From the NCBI RefSeq assembly GCF_001194135.2, contig NC_068987.1, positions 34,726,282 through 34,790,175 on the forward strand: a stretch of 63,894 nucleotides of DNA. The letters run 5' to 3'. Under the pieces are notes generated by a model. That model searched no databases, was not told where the DNA came from, and saw only the letters and a list, made by a program, of their open reading frames with translations. Origin of the DNA: Octopus bimaculoides (lineage: Eukaryota). A program made the position numbers and the translations under genes. This document shows positions 1 to 12,589 of the stretch, in pieces (position 1 is the first letter of the stretch; each line of letters begins with the position of its first letter).

Positions 1-289
1 CTCTCTCTCTCTCTCACTATATATATATATACGTGTGTGTGTATGTATGTATCTATGTATGTATATATATCTTTACTCACTCTCTCATTATCTTTCTGTC
101 TATCTATCTAACTATCTATCTCTTTGATTCATTCTGTCTCTCTTTCGTTTCTCTCTCATATGCGCCATTTCGTATTATCCTACTCTATGTCTAACTCTCT
201 TTCACATGCTTCCCTGTCATTAATTCCCTCTCGCTCTTATTTTCTTTTTGATTGCATAATTTAATAAAATAGGTTTTGTTATTCATCAT

Positions 290-1900
290 AAAGGGTTACT
301 GGTCGATGATAGTTATACTAAATGCGTAGATATTGATGGTGATGAAGAAGTGACTAAGGGTGATGGAGATATATTGCATAGTTGTGCGTGGATATGTTGT
401 TGAATTAAGAGATTTTCGCTGGTAGTTATTATGTAACTCGGTCGTCTGTTGGCGATAGTTGTCTAGATGTTCATAATGGTGAAATAAGGTGTTTCTGATG
501 GAAGTAACAGGTCTGTGATAGCAATAGAGGGCCTGCAGTTGATTATGACAGTGACATTTTAATATTAATCTTCCACTTGGTGATAGAAGAGTTTTGGCGG
601 TGGTAACAATGATACCACTGTTAATTGTGCTGTTGTTGTTGTTGGTGACAGTGGGAAAAATAGTAGCAGTAATAGAGGTTTTGTTGGTTAGAAGAACGAT
701 ATTGGTGATGAGTAAGATTTCGGTGGGTATGATATCGATATTGTTGATTTCGGTGATGTCTGTTTTAACTGTAATGTTAGTCCTCATGTTATTACTGTCA
801 TATGAGTCCTTTGGAAGACATTTAATCGGCATGGTGAAATCTGCTCAGTAATACGCCTTTGTCGTGCTCTACATTATCTTACAGTCAATGATGAGTCGGT
901 GTAGTGTGTCAGACTACACAAATTGCATTTTCTTCCCTGTCCAGTCTCTTCCTGCATATCTTTAAATCCTACGTGTGGATACTGTAGATGTGCAGGCAGT
1001 GAACCTGAAGAAGCAGAACAAATTGCTGCAAATCTGCATTCATTAATGTTTCCGTGCATAAGGTCGAATGGTTTGGCCCAATGATGTATTTTTCTTTTCT
1101 ACATGTATGTGCTGTTCATGTATATATCGTGCGAGCATTAGTTGTGGTTTATTGCTTTTAGTATGCTGTAGCTGTTCCTCATGTATTACACGTGTGTATG
1201 GAAATTGATCCTCACGTAGTAATATTAACCATGCTTTAGATAGTTCAGTAAATGGCATTTTAGTATCGTCTCTAAACAAAGTTCTATGTAAAATGCGCAC
1301 ATTAGTGTAATATGTAGCTAATTGTTGATCGTTGCAAAGAGATTATGATTGCATGAAGGTGGCATATTATACGATACATTTTATAAAGGATAGTATTCAA
1401 AGCATTACTATAAGTGGGAAGTTTTCTTTTTTTGAAGCCAACATACGATTGTTATGCAAGATATTATAGTAGCAATCGGTGAGTGTAGTACCGTAAATCT
1501 GTATTGTAATTACGAGATTTATAAGGGTCAAGCTGTAAAATTCCAGAAATTTTAATTCGGATGAGTGCTTATGCAACCACATCACTTCGGTGTTTGTTGG
1601 ACCCTAGGTTTATTATAATTTGGTTCAACTTCTAGCTTGCGAAAGTCTGACAACATTGGAATATTTGGTCATATACGTTTACTTGTACATTGATTCCTCG
1701 CAGTACCAACGGGTTGGAGTATATCCTTGTGGTTTTGTTTGCCTACGGAGCTCTTACAGTTATTATATCTTTGTGCCTTATCGGTTAACTGGCGGATGAA
1801 TAGGTTTAAATGTAAATATTTTTCAATTAGAATGTTTTGATAAGCGTTATTATAACTTTTGAGACTGATTTACAAACAATTTTTCTCTTAACGGCGATTA
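290..1900 (-). mobile_element. Degenerate Penelope-like element (RT C-terminus, thumb, GIY-YIG remnant)
   Basis: Manual minus-strand translation across frameshifts gives QPVGTA (cf. Q..GTAMG), HSSELKFLEF (cf. S...INFLD) and TNARTIYT..HTCRKEKYI-GQTIRP..INE (cf. GIY-YIG N.IY..C..YIGQT.R.L..R.NEH), in the order expected for a PLE; many stops. Confidence 0.5.
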
Positions 1901-3479
1901 TAATGATGACTTATAATATTAGTGATTGTTAAAAACCACACGGTTATGTCATACTATCAATATTGCTGTACCTTTCATTCATCATATATATATATATGAT
2001 CGTAATATCTCGGATACGATAGTTTGACCAAAAGAACCGACTTTTGTAAGCAAAAATAAATATTGAAACAACGCATTTTGCTAAATTTGGACATACGAGA
2101 GTTTAACATAATGGCAGTAATATTTATAGAGAGAATGCTACTTGGCTGAAAACAGAAGAAAACAAACTAGGTACATAAAGAGTTTGAAGTACCTTGGCCT
2201 TGCGATGATTTATGGGTACTAAATGTTTGTAATAAATCAATTAATTCGTCTATTTATCAACTCATTAAATAGTGTTCCGAATACTTGCTATCATTTACAA
2301 ATCAGAGTACATGATAGATATTAACTTTGGTTTCATTTTGAGATTGTAATGGGTTGATGACAAAAGGAATTGTATGGCCATTAAGCTGAGCAACTGGTGA
2401 AATAATATTCTTTTAGGGCAAGATGATACAGGGAAGATGAATCATAAATTCTCGATAAATCAATGGATATATTGTAATTAAAAATAATGAGATGAAATAA
2501 TGCGTTACGTATTACATAATTTAGTAATATATTGTTAATTACTATCTTTTCATAAATTTATTATTTAAATATTGTTATGGATGCGGCTAAGTAATTGGCA
2601 GCATGTATGTATCCTCAATTCAGATTCTTGGGCAGACTCTGTGTGAGGAAATTCTGTGACAAACCCGTTCATTTGACAGACAGTTTCGGTATTTCACTAA
2701 TAAAAATATAATGTTTGAATATTTCGCATACATTTGCACTTTCAAGTAAACTTGAAGGCAGAATAAGCGTGTCGCTCCATTCACCATGATTTATAATTTT
2801 CATCTACCTAATATCACCTATAAACATTGGGTCGAACCTTTTTATTGCAGAATATACTTGCCAACGACGACACGTAGCAGGATCGAATAAACAATATCTT
2901 ATTTGTCACGCTCACGTTGTAATAACTATACTTCGTATATCCCGCTGACGCGAAGTGAATGCGTAGTAATATTAATCCTACATAGCAGCAACTCTGCGAA
3001 CCTTAACAGGTGCAACTGTACATGGTCAAAGCAGAGCATGGAACAATAGTGGCTAAGAGGTGATTCTACACTCCTAATATCCTTGGAACTCCGAATATTG
3101 GCACTACTACCGGATACAATTTAAGTTGATTCCCAGGAAAAAGATTATTGTCACACGAATTTAAGCGCCCTAAATAATACTTTCGCACTAGATCACAATT
3201 TGACTTTCTTATATTGTTTCTATATTTGTGAAGGTTTAAAAAGAAAAGATTGCTTTGTTTATGCATCGTCTAATCATTGTCATATTCTAGGAGGAAACTC
3301 CGGATATGTTCCATGTTTACATTATTCAGTTTTTTTTAATCACAAAGACAAAATTTCATACGACAAAATAATAAATAGGATATTCAGCGCATTCTGTGAT
3401 TGAAATTCTTGATAGAGCACGTGCTCTTACCTGAATATGTATTTCTGTATATACACAATCTCATATATACATACAGTCA

Positions 3480-3484
<5 letters not shown>

Positions 3485-3512
<28 letters not shown>

Positions 3513-3776
3513 CATACACATACATACACAAACAAACAAACAAACAAACACACAGAAAAACACTCCTATACAAACACACACATATATTTTTGTATATATA
3601 TTTCTGTTTATGTATACTGGTATATATATGTATATAGGTGTGTGCATATATGTAAGTGTATGCATGTATTGGATGTATGTCTATATGAATATAAGTGCAT
3701 ATGCATATATACATTATTTTATTATACATACATATATATAAAAGAGACAGTGAGAGAGATTGCAATAGATAGATAA

Positions 3777-3824
<48 letters not shown>

Positions 3825-3830
3825 TTACTA
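3485..3830. repeat. Compound microsatellites (CA)n, (AAAC)n, (TA)n, (AGAT)n
   Basis: Directly visible simple repeats. Confidence 0.95.
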
Positions 3831-4576
3831 AGTAATCCACTGAGACGTATCAGAACTGTATGCACTCATTCATACTAAAATACGAAACGATATCAATCGC
3901 ACATTGAAACAGCCTACAGTCATGCACACGTTGCAGAATTACAAATACACTGCGGTGGATGAATAAACGCAAACATTGATGTCTCTATAATTCTTTGCTC
4001 GTGCCCTTAATACTTTAAGCTGACTGCTTTATGGGGTTTTATCGTAAAATCCCTGTGAGAACAGTATTATTTCGATATTCGTAGCATTGTATATGAATGA
4101 AGACTGACGAGAGGTTTAACGTATGTCTAACTGTTTGCTATTAAATAGACAAGATGAATTAACTGACGAAATCAATGTAAACAACTGGCAAAATACTAAT
4201 ATAAAACGTACACACTCATACGTATATATATTCCATTGGGTATTTGCATTACGTAAGTGAATATANNNNNNNNNNNNNNNNNNNNNNNNNNNNNNNNNNN
4301 NNNNNNNNNNNNNNNNNNNNNNNNNNNNNNNNNNNNNNNNNNNNNNNNNNNNNNNNNNNNNNNNNNNNNNNNNNNNNNNNNNNNNNNNNNNNNNNNNNNN
4401 NNNNNNNNNNNNNNNNNNNNNNNNNNNNNNNNNNNNNNNNNNNNNNNNNNNNNNNNNNNNNNNNNNNNNNNNNNNNNNNNNNNNNNNNNNNNNNNNNNNN
4501 NNNNNNNNNNNNNNNNNNNNNNNNNNNNNNNNNNNNNNNNNNNNNNNNNNNNNNNNNNNNNNNNNNNNNNNNNNNN

Positions 4577-4716
4577 NTATACATATATATATACAGAGAG
4601 AGAGATACTCATATACATACATATATCTGTATCTACACATGCATGTATACATGATATATATACGCATATATTGATATATATATATATATATATATATACA
4701 TTTATATATATATATC

Positions 4717-4757
<41 letters not shown>

Positions 4758-4771
4758 GTGTGTATGGGTGT

Positions 4772-4802
<31 letters not shown>

Positions 4803-4900
4803 CGTGCATAAATAGATATATAAATATGCGTGTATGTTTGTGTGTGTATGTATGGATGGATGGATGTATACATATGTGTATGTATGTATGTATAAATGGC
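4577..4900. repeat. Compound (TA)n/(TG)n microsatellite flanking an N-gap
   Basis: Directly visible. Confidence 0.95.
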
Positions 4901-6479
4901 AGAACAGAAGAGTGTAATTTAGATTGATTTATCTTTTAGGAAAATGTAGAAAATAACAATATACAACAGTAAATTAAGAAATATATTTTGAGGCGAGAGA
5001 AATGTATGAAGTTTGGATTTGTTGAAAAACAATTCATCTTCCAAGTGAAAATATATACGTGTTGCTATGTACAGTGTTTACAATGGAAAACGATGTAATC
5101 CACCATAATTTATTCGTCTTTTGACTGAGATAAACTCTTCCATTACAAACCTAATTTAAATCAGTTGTGATGAGTAATTTGTAACTAATCTCAGGGAAAA
5201 TTTAGTTAAGTTATACGTGTGAAAATTTATCTGATACGCTCCTTGGAGACGTTTACAGTCATGTCTCGGCTGGTGTAATGTGTGCGTCAACGTCTGAAAT
5301 ATTTTCTTAAACGTTTCACGATGTTTATTTACAAGGTCCATGCTTGACGTTCATTTTTCATGGTTTTAGTTAAACTCACCCTTTCAGTAGATTATGCATC
5401 TCGTTGTAAGTAACATATGCGTTATATTTCTGCGCTACATAAATATGCTTATTTAGTTCCGTTCCACTCAATCAAGAGAAATATTTTTAGCATCGCATTT
5501 TGTATACAACAATGTCTCTCAGCGTTATCTGCGACTCGTCTCTACTTTGCATATCGTCATTGAATAATCTACCATTTTTAGTGGAATACTTTGTCCCATC
5601 TCAAAACGTTGTCATACATTAAAGTGCCAAGCTTTTGGATGTTGCAACAACTTTACTATTCTCTACTGAATATCTTTCTATATTTCTTGACAAGATTCTT
5701 CTTTCAGATTTCCATGTATTTTCGGGCAGATTTTTTAATCAAGCATTCTAGTATCCAAATGAGATACACACACTGATCAGAAAAAAGTACTTAAGTTATA
5801 TACCCACTGTCTCTTTACATCTTTCACCAAATCTCACATTCTAAATTCAAACATTGAAAAATATATGTCCAATCCCATTGTATAATTTTAACTTTTTGTG
5901 CACGATTGTTACTGAACTTCTAAGAGTGACTATACCTCAGTGATAGGAGCAAATATTTGCCAATATTGTCAAATATCCGCAAATATACGTTGAATAATGT
6001 TAAAACTTGTCAAACATAGATTCATAATCCAGGTTTGACAAAGAGATTTATTTTTAACTGTGACATATCTCTGGAGCATAAGAGGAATAGAATATTTAAA
6101 TTTCTTATGAATATACATCTTTCCCCAAAAATCTTGTTTTCGATATGAGCAGTAGAAATTTACATTTATCTTGCATTGGATTATGCCTTCGCTATAATTA
6201 AAAGTTGACGTACCGCATCTAACACCTATGACATATTTATTTGCAGTTTTTGTTTAGTTATGATATCCAGTTTTGAGGTTAGCTGTTTTACTATAGATGT
6301 CTGATAGGTATTTCATTATCGTCATTTTGGATGCATACATCTCACATGAGTTCGAACATTCCGTCTGAATGATTCTGCTAGTGTAAGGGTCGAACATTGT
6401 TTTGGTATTGAACATTGTGCTATATATTTACAACACTACGCTCTATCTTTTATCATCGAACCGACTCATATAATGAAAT

Positions 6480-7770
6480 TGATGTATTATGTAATGTGAA
6501 ACCCAAACATTTACACGTATTCGTTCTCTATATTCCCATTAATGTGCGTGGATGCTACTTTATTATGACAACTTCATTCAGATTTACTGGCTACACAAAG
6601 CTCTTTAATCCCGGAGAAGCTTGCTTTATGAAAACAGTTTTATTAAATCATATCATTTAAAACATGAAACAAAGAATCCTTGACAAAATCATGTAGGGTG
6701 TCTTCAATTCAATTCATAAAAATGGCCAAATGGTTGAACTTTCGCGTGATGTTGCAATTGCTGACTGCGATTTTATTAAATATAAACACACATAGTAGCT
6801 ATTATACAGAGCCTACCAATCTACAGCAATGCATTGTTAAGTAACGTAAATTAAGATTCAAATTTCCTCATGTCCAGGTAGGCATTTCGTGACGCAACTC
6901 AAGTTCAGAAACATATACTGATAAGTACGTAAAATGGTCAGCTCGACTTCGAGAATTAGTAGACATATCTCTTTCAGGCTATTCTATTAAAAACAAAGAT
7001 GGTGCCAGTGGATAAAGGACGTTCTTTATACTGAAACATTGAAAATTTGAATGTCATGAATGTAATAATGCATTTTGCTTTGGGACTGCCCCTTCATGGG
7101 ATGACCAGGATATTCACATCAACAGATATTACAAAGGAACAGATATACAATTTGGTAATGGCCACCTCACGAATATCCTAAATATTTTAATGCTAGTGGA
7201 TTTTAAACAGAGCCTGTACAAATTAAGAATCCAATGATGAAGATATAGCAATACATTTAACGTAACCATATTATTTAATTATCTTTAACTTATGAATTCA
7301 GCTATATTCATGAAGTTTCGGATATTGACATAGAATTTACTCAACATTAAAACAAGAAAACGCCTGATTACTGTTGCAATATACAACAATAAATCTACAT
7401 TTCACAAGAGCATTATACAGATATGGAGTGATATGCAAATTTTCAAATAAGCAACAATCATATACATCAGATGAAAGCGTGTAGCCAGGTAATGCATGAA
7501 TCCGGAAATACTTGACAATCACGGCTTCAAGTATGCGAAAATATGTTGCTTGCAGCTGACCATTACATATAAATAACAGAAGCACAATTAACCTGACAAG
7601 CCAACATGATTTAAAACAGTAATGTTGCAAAGAGTGCTAGTCAGAAAATTTTACAACCTAAACTTAGAAATAAACTAACAAACCCCGGCATTTGAATAAA
7701 TGTGTCCCGAAGTAACAGATTTTAATATATATTATGAACATTTTTACAAATGTTCCCCGATAAAGCACGT
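6480..7770 (+). mobile_element. Possible ancient hAT (ZMYM1-like) transposase remnant
   Basis: Scattered frameshifted peptides in hAT order: HFALGLPLHG (cf. FLA..GLPFRG), GNGHLTNILNIL (cf. NGNFLGL.ELL), NPMM (DP.M), QANM (DNGANM), CPEVTDF. Similarity is weak. Confidence 0.3.
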
Positions 7771-7789
7771 TTTAATTTATGTTATACAT

Positions 7790-7935
7790 ATTCTTTTATT
7801 TGTTTGAGTCTTTTGACTGTGGCCATGCTGCAGTACCGCCTTTGGTCGAACAAAATCGGCCTCAGGACTTATTCTTTGTAATCCTCTTTTGCCGACATAG
7901 GTTGACAAGCGGTGGGGGGTGGGGGTACAAATACA
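7790..7935 (-). mobile_element. tRNA-head SINE family A, 3' fragment
   Basis: ttttgactgtggccatgctg..accgcctttggtcgaacaaaatcg..aggacttattctttgta matches the copies at 43501-43835 and 55965-56353. Confidence 0.8.
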
Positions 7936-7989
7936 TGGCGAACCAGGCTGTACTCTTTCACCACAACTTTCTTTCGCTCTTACTTCGTG

Positions 7990-8180
7990 TTGCTGTTGTA
8001 CCTGTAATTCAAAGGGCCAGCCTTGTCACACTTTGTGTCAAGCAGAATCTCTCTGAGAACTACATTAAGGGTACACGTGTCCGTGGATTACTCAGCCACT
8101 TGTACGTTAACTACACGAGCACGCTGTTCCATTGATGGGATCAACTGGAACCCACGTCGTTGCAACTGACGGAGTGCCAC
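7990..8180 (-). repeat. Interspersed repeat family C (unclassified, SINE-like)
   Basis: The reverse complement (ccagttgatcccatcaatggaacagcgtgctcgtgtagttaacgtacaagtggctgagtaatccacggacacgtgtacccttaatgta) matches 12190-12305. Confidence 0.75.
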
Positions 8181-8224
8181 GAATACACACGCACACACAC
8201 ACAGACACACACACACACACACAC

Positions 8225-8264
<40 letters not shown>

Positions 8265-9018
8265 NNNNNNNNNNNNNNNNNNNNNNNNNNNNNNNNNNNN
8301 NNNNNNNNNNNNNNNNNNNNNNNNNNNNNNNNNNNNNNNNNNNNNNNNNNNNNNNNNNNNNNNNNNNNNNNNNNNNNNNNNNNNNNNNNNNNNNNNNNNN
8401 NNNNNNNNNNNNNNNNNNNNNNNNNNNNNNNNNNNNNNNNNNNNNNNNNNNNNNNNNNNNNNNNNNNNNNNNNNNNNNNNNNNNNNNNNNNNNNNNNNNN
8501 NNNNNNNNNNNNNNNNNNNNNNNNNNNNNNNNNNNATATCCCATGTGTTGGATCTTTAAAATTTCCCTATCGTATCTTCCTTCTCCTTAACCTTCTTTTC
8601 CTTTCTTTATATTTAATTGTTCTATGAGAGGGAAAAAAAAAACAATTTTCCACGTAGGTTTGAGGAATAAAAGATCATCTATACTGTCATTCAAATGAAA
8701 CGGATCAATATTACCAAATCTTAATTCTCCATTTATCTATTCCTGCATTTTGCTTGGAAAACGAAAAGTTTACACTATATCTATTAAATAATTTCCCAAA
8801 TTTACTTGAAGGTGGTAAATACTTTTCTAGAGAAAGAAAATTTACGAGTGATATCGGAAGCTATTAAATATAAGAATTTAGCGTTATACCATGTAATAAT
8901 TGTTGATATTTTCTTTTTACTATTAGTATATAATTCTTGTCAATATTACCTTCATTAAAACTGAATTCTTTCTTATTGTAATGTTTAACATAAATGTGTT
9001 CTTGTTCATATTATTATT

Positions 9019-9556
9019 GCGTAAGAGAGCAGTCGCTGCATCAAAGTGACACTGAGGTAAAATATACGAAGTCCAATATACACCTCATGATTACCCGACT
9101 GATAAGGGTATAGCAGGTACATGCGGCACAACCATATGTGTGCGATACGGTGATCTTATATCAAGACAAACAGTGCATGATCTTGCAAGTGGAGCCCAGT
9201 TAGAATATTTTTTTCAGGTTCAGTAGCCCGTACCACTGAAAGGGTCACTGAATAAGGGATGTTTAAACTTGGTGATCGAAATGCCTATGTTTCAAGAGGT
9301 GTATTATTCAAATCCCAAAGAATTCCTCTCAGCACATGGCTATGACGTTCCCAGCTCCACTTCTGCCCGTGATCAGAGGCGCACAAATCGTCAGCTACCA
9401 AAGATATGCTCAACTGATTAAGGACAAAGAAATGACATGCTAAGTGTGGTATGTAGCCCATCTTTTATACCAAGGCAAAACATGTACGTGATAACACTTC
9501 CAAACAATTAAGATCAGAAGCCACTAGAACCAGTGCCTGGTACTGAATCACGGCAT
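9019..9556 (-). mobile_element. ~540-bp non-coding interspersed element with (TAA)n tail (family T), apparently full length
   Basis: Collinear with 18791-19317 (inverted). Its 5' end atgccgtgattcagtaccaggca matches atgccctgatgcagtagcaggca at 41423-41493. Its 3' end is ctctcttacgc-aataataa. Confidence 0.75.
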
Positions 9557-9661
9557 CCGCTACCAAGGGACATGCTCAACTGGTTATGGCCAAACACCTG
9601 ATAGGTAAATCTGTGGTATTGCGAAGAATATTTGCTGTAATCCATTTTTATACACACAAAA
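9557..9661 (-). mobile_element. Partial second family-T copy in tandem with 9019-9556
   Basis: gctaccaagggacatgctcaactggtt..ctgtggtattgcgaagaatatttgctgta repeats the internal part of family T (cf. 18865-18945 and 9395-9470); it ends at a (TTA)n tract. Confidence 0.7.
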
Positions 9662-9689
9662 CTATTATTATTGTTGTTGCTATTCATAC

Positions 9690-10150
9690 CAACCTTATAA
9701 TTAATATTTATAAATTTATACTCTTTCATATGTTCATCATCAATACCTAGTTTATTGCCTATCATATTTATATCCTTATTGTTCTTTCCTTTGTTCAGTT
9801 TTGTTAAAACTATTTTAGTGTAATTTTATCTAAATTTTTAATTTTATTATGCACCCTAAACTTTGTCAACTTCCCTTTAATTCTGTCATTTTTTCGAATG
9901 TTATTATTATAATTGTGGATATAGTAAATAGTATCTTTATATCCAACTTCAAATGATGAATGGTTATAGCAATTTTGATTTTGTTTAAATATATTTCTCA
10001 TTAGCCGAAAGCCTCGAAATACGAGTAGGTATATATCAAATAATAGAATTTATTATGTTCCTTGGCCGAATTTTTATTTACATATCGAAAGCATGCATTA
10101 GGCTTATGAATAAGTTTGTTGGTATAACTCATTACTTAAATCAAGTGTAA
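9690..10150 (-). mobile_element. Penelope-like element fragment (RT thumb)
   Basis: Peptides HKPNACFRYVN and TRISRLSAN-EKIFKQNQNCYNHSSFEVGYKDTIYY match the PLE thumb pattern (HKPN..L.YV..SNHP; RIS.LS.NE.IF..YN.AL..SGY) also seen at 12700-12870. Confidence 0.65.
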
Positions 10151-10189
10151 CTGCGAGGAAGTTAACAATAGTAGAATCATTATCTAGTG

Positions 10190-11700
10190 ATAGAAACACC
10201 ACGACGCTTAACGTATTTATGATTTTTTCTTGATCTTTCTAAATTAACCATATTAGATTTATATATAGTGACTCTATATAATCCAAGGAGCACAATAAAT
10301 TCTAACATTAAAAAATATCTACACGTATTTGAAGGTTTTCTGCTAATGAGGATTTAGTTAATCAAGAGAATGTAGTTAATTAAGAGAATGTAGTTAATCA
10401 AGAGAATGTAGTTAATCAATGCATTATTGGAAGCCGAATATAAACATAATATTTACTTTATCCAGAATCACTATAAAAACAAGATTCCAGAATTGATAGA
10501 ATTATAGATAAGTTGAAAATTATAGGGAGTATAACAAAAGTGAAAATAAAACTAGAAATTTAGCTGAGAATTTTGTAGCACACAATAAACAGAGACTTAG
10601 GGGACATCTAAATCCTAAATCTATAAATAAACGTTAAACAGATAATGTGTATGATGGAATTAAATTTCATGATTATCTTCCCGAATAAGGTCTCGATTCT
10701 ATAACCGATCACAACTGTAATAATATAGTAAGTCTTTCACCTAGCATTATTATTAATTTTAATAATAATAATAGTCCCAACATAAGACCCGATTTGCAGA
10801 AGAATACGTGTGGAAATTCTTTTAAATATTAGTACCAAATACATGTGAATAAATTCATGTGTAACTGTCTACATAAAATTATAAGCACTTAAGAAAATCA
10901 GTGTCTAAGTAAAAATATTGTATGTCAGTGTAAAGTAATAACTTGAGAGCGTAAGTATGATTACATAGCTTGATCTGCTACAATATGAAAATATAGGTCT
11001 TATAATCATTCTAATAACTTTTAGTATAAAAGAAAAAAGTAATTCTACAAATCTTAGTAAATGCCTCTTTGATTTAAAGGATAAGAATATTAAGTATGAT
11101 TTAAAGTGGTCCATTATTAGTTATGCACCATCGTACAATAATGGTAAATCTTAAATAAATGTATTATATAACTACTTCTAAATCAATTTTATTGAACACT
11201 TTACCTTAAGATGTTGCCATAAATTTAGAAAGGCATTCAAATATTTCAAATATTAATTGTAATAATGTTTCAATTATTATATATGGTTAAGTCTTATAAA
11301 AGGTTTAATATAATGTGTAACTAGATAACTAATTATTGTGACATAAAGTATGAATTAAGCCTTAGGTAGAATTCTTATCTTCAGTATTTATTCTTTAGTT
11401 ATCCAGTGACGTCATCAATAATTGTATACGAAAATAATATTTTTTAGGTTATAATCTTAGTTTATTTTTCTATGTAGTTTTCTACTTCTCATAATGTACT
11501 ATATTTATATCTGCCTGTTTAATTTGTTATTTTGATTTCATCATTAACTGTGGTCACCAATAGTTGAATGAGCTTTCTTAAATACGCTTATTTTTTATTG
11601 TATTTTATATATATCTTTTATAAACGAATTTCGTTTTTTAATGACGTCACTACTAGTTGACTGAAGGAACGGCTTAGGTTGAATTGAAATTTAGGCGTTC
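10190..11700 (+). mobile_element. Penelope-like element fragment (thumb, linker, GIY-YIG, 3' tail)
   Basis: Reads STRI..SANEDL..NALLEAEYKHNIY, then YQCKVIT..YDYI..YRSYNHSNNF..KSNSTNLSKCLFDLKDKNIKYDLKWSII at ~10920-11130, homologous to the GIY-YIG region at 46234-46431. Confidence 0.75.
10355..10420 (+). repeat. 18-bp tandem repeat (tagttaatcaagagaatg) x~3.5 inside the PLE
   Basis: Directly visible. Confidence 0.9.
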
Positions 11701-12189
11701 TTTTTGCTAGCGTTTATCTTATTTAATAATTTGGAGTCAACAAGAGGGAGAGCAGTTGGACATTTATTTGAAATCAGTGCAATTGTTTCTACAAAACGTA
11801 GTACCCCTTGCTTGTAATGATCTGATTATGTAACCTTTCCCTGTAGTAAGGTAGCTAATTGTGTTCCTTCAGGTAATGTATTAATATTGTTTCTGTAAAC
11901 TCAGTTTCCAAATTTCAAGTACATCCTTTTCTTCCTGTTGTGACGTCCAACAAGTAAAGTTCTCTGGCTGAAAGTATGTTGATAAACTGCTTTGACTTTC
12001 TGCATGGAATGGAAATGGAAGCACTTAATGTCTTTGTACAGTTGATATATTCTTCATGGTCGGTTACACTTGCGATCGCCCTTGGCAGACCTTCAATAAT
12101 TCGGTGGCCGATCTCTTGGTTGGCTTACAAGTACACACACATAGTTTTGTATGTATGTTTGTATCTATCTGTGTGTGTATATAAATATA

Positions 12190-12305
12190 GGAGCTCTCCG
12201 TCGGTTACAAAGAAGAGGGTCCCAGCTGATCAACGGAAGAGCCTGCTCATGAAATTAACGGGCAAGTGACTGAGCAATCCACAGACACGTGTAACCCTAA
12301 CGTAT
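12190..12305 (+). repeat. Interspersed repeat family C fragment
   Basis: Matches the reverse complement of 7990-8180. Confidence 0.75.
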
Positions 12306-12589
12306 ATATGCATTTACTTATATATACACATATATGGATACGCAGGTACATATTACATTTGCCTATATGATATCCGTACTTGCATATCTATACCTCCATG
12401 GTCACCCGCGCATACGCAGATATGGATACACATACACACACGTGTACATATATACATATCTATATATACACATATACATATATACACGCATATAGCAGGT
12501 GGTCTATATGGAAACGATGCCCTATTCGTAATCGATACTAGCACTAATATAGAAATAGAGAGATACAGAAAAAAAAAAAACTACACGAA

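Noticed and set aside
2820-3130. Segment that feels like a known cephalopod interspersed repeat
   Set aside because: There is no second copy in the window and no recognisable protein; memory alone is insufficient.
4116-4927. Long ORFs spanning N-runs or microsatellites (also at 8.1, 18.2, 22, 30.7, 56.6, 58.3 and 60.6 kb)
   Set aside because: They are open only because Ns and dinucleotide repeats lack stops; the gaps mostly begin in (TA)n tracts.
5450-5800. Minus-strand VADNAER resembling a hAT dimerisation motif
   Set aside because: A single short motif; too weak.
10355-10420. Short regularly spaced repeats as a CRISPR-like array
   Set aside because: Contiguous tandem units without spacers, inside a eukaryotic TE.
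11655-11700. CTGAAGGA..GAAA hammerhead-like string in the + strand PLE tail
   Set aside because: The core is altered and I could not build consistent stems I and III.
11862-11878. ttccttcag|gtaatg, a recursive-splice-like AG/GT site
   Set aside because: A single motif with no gene context; expected by chance.
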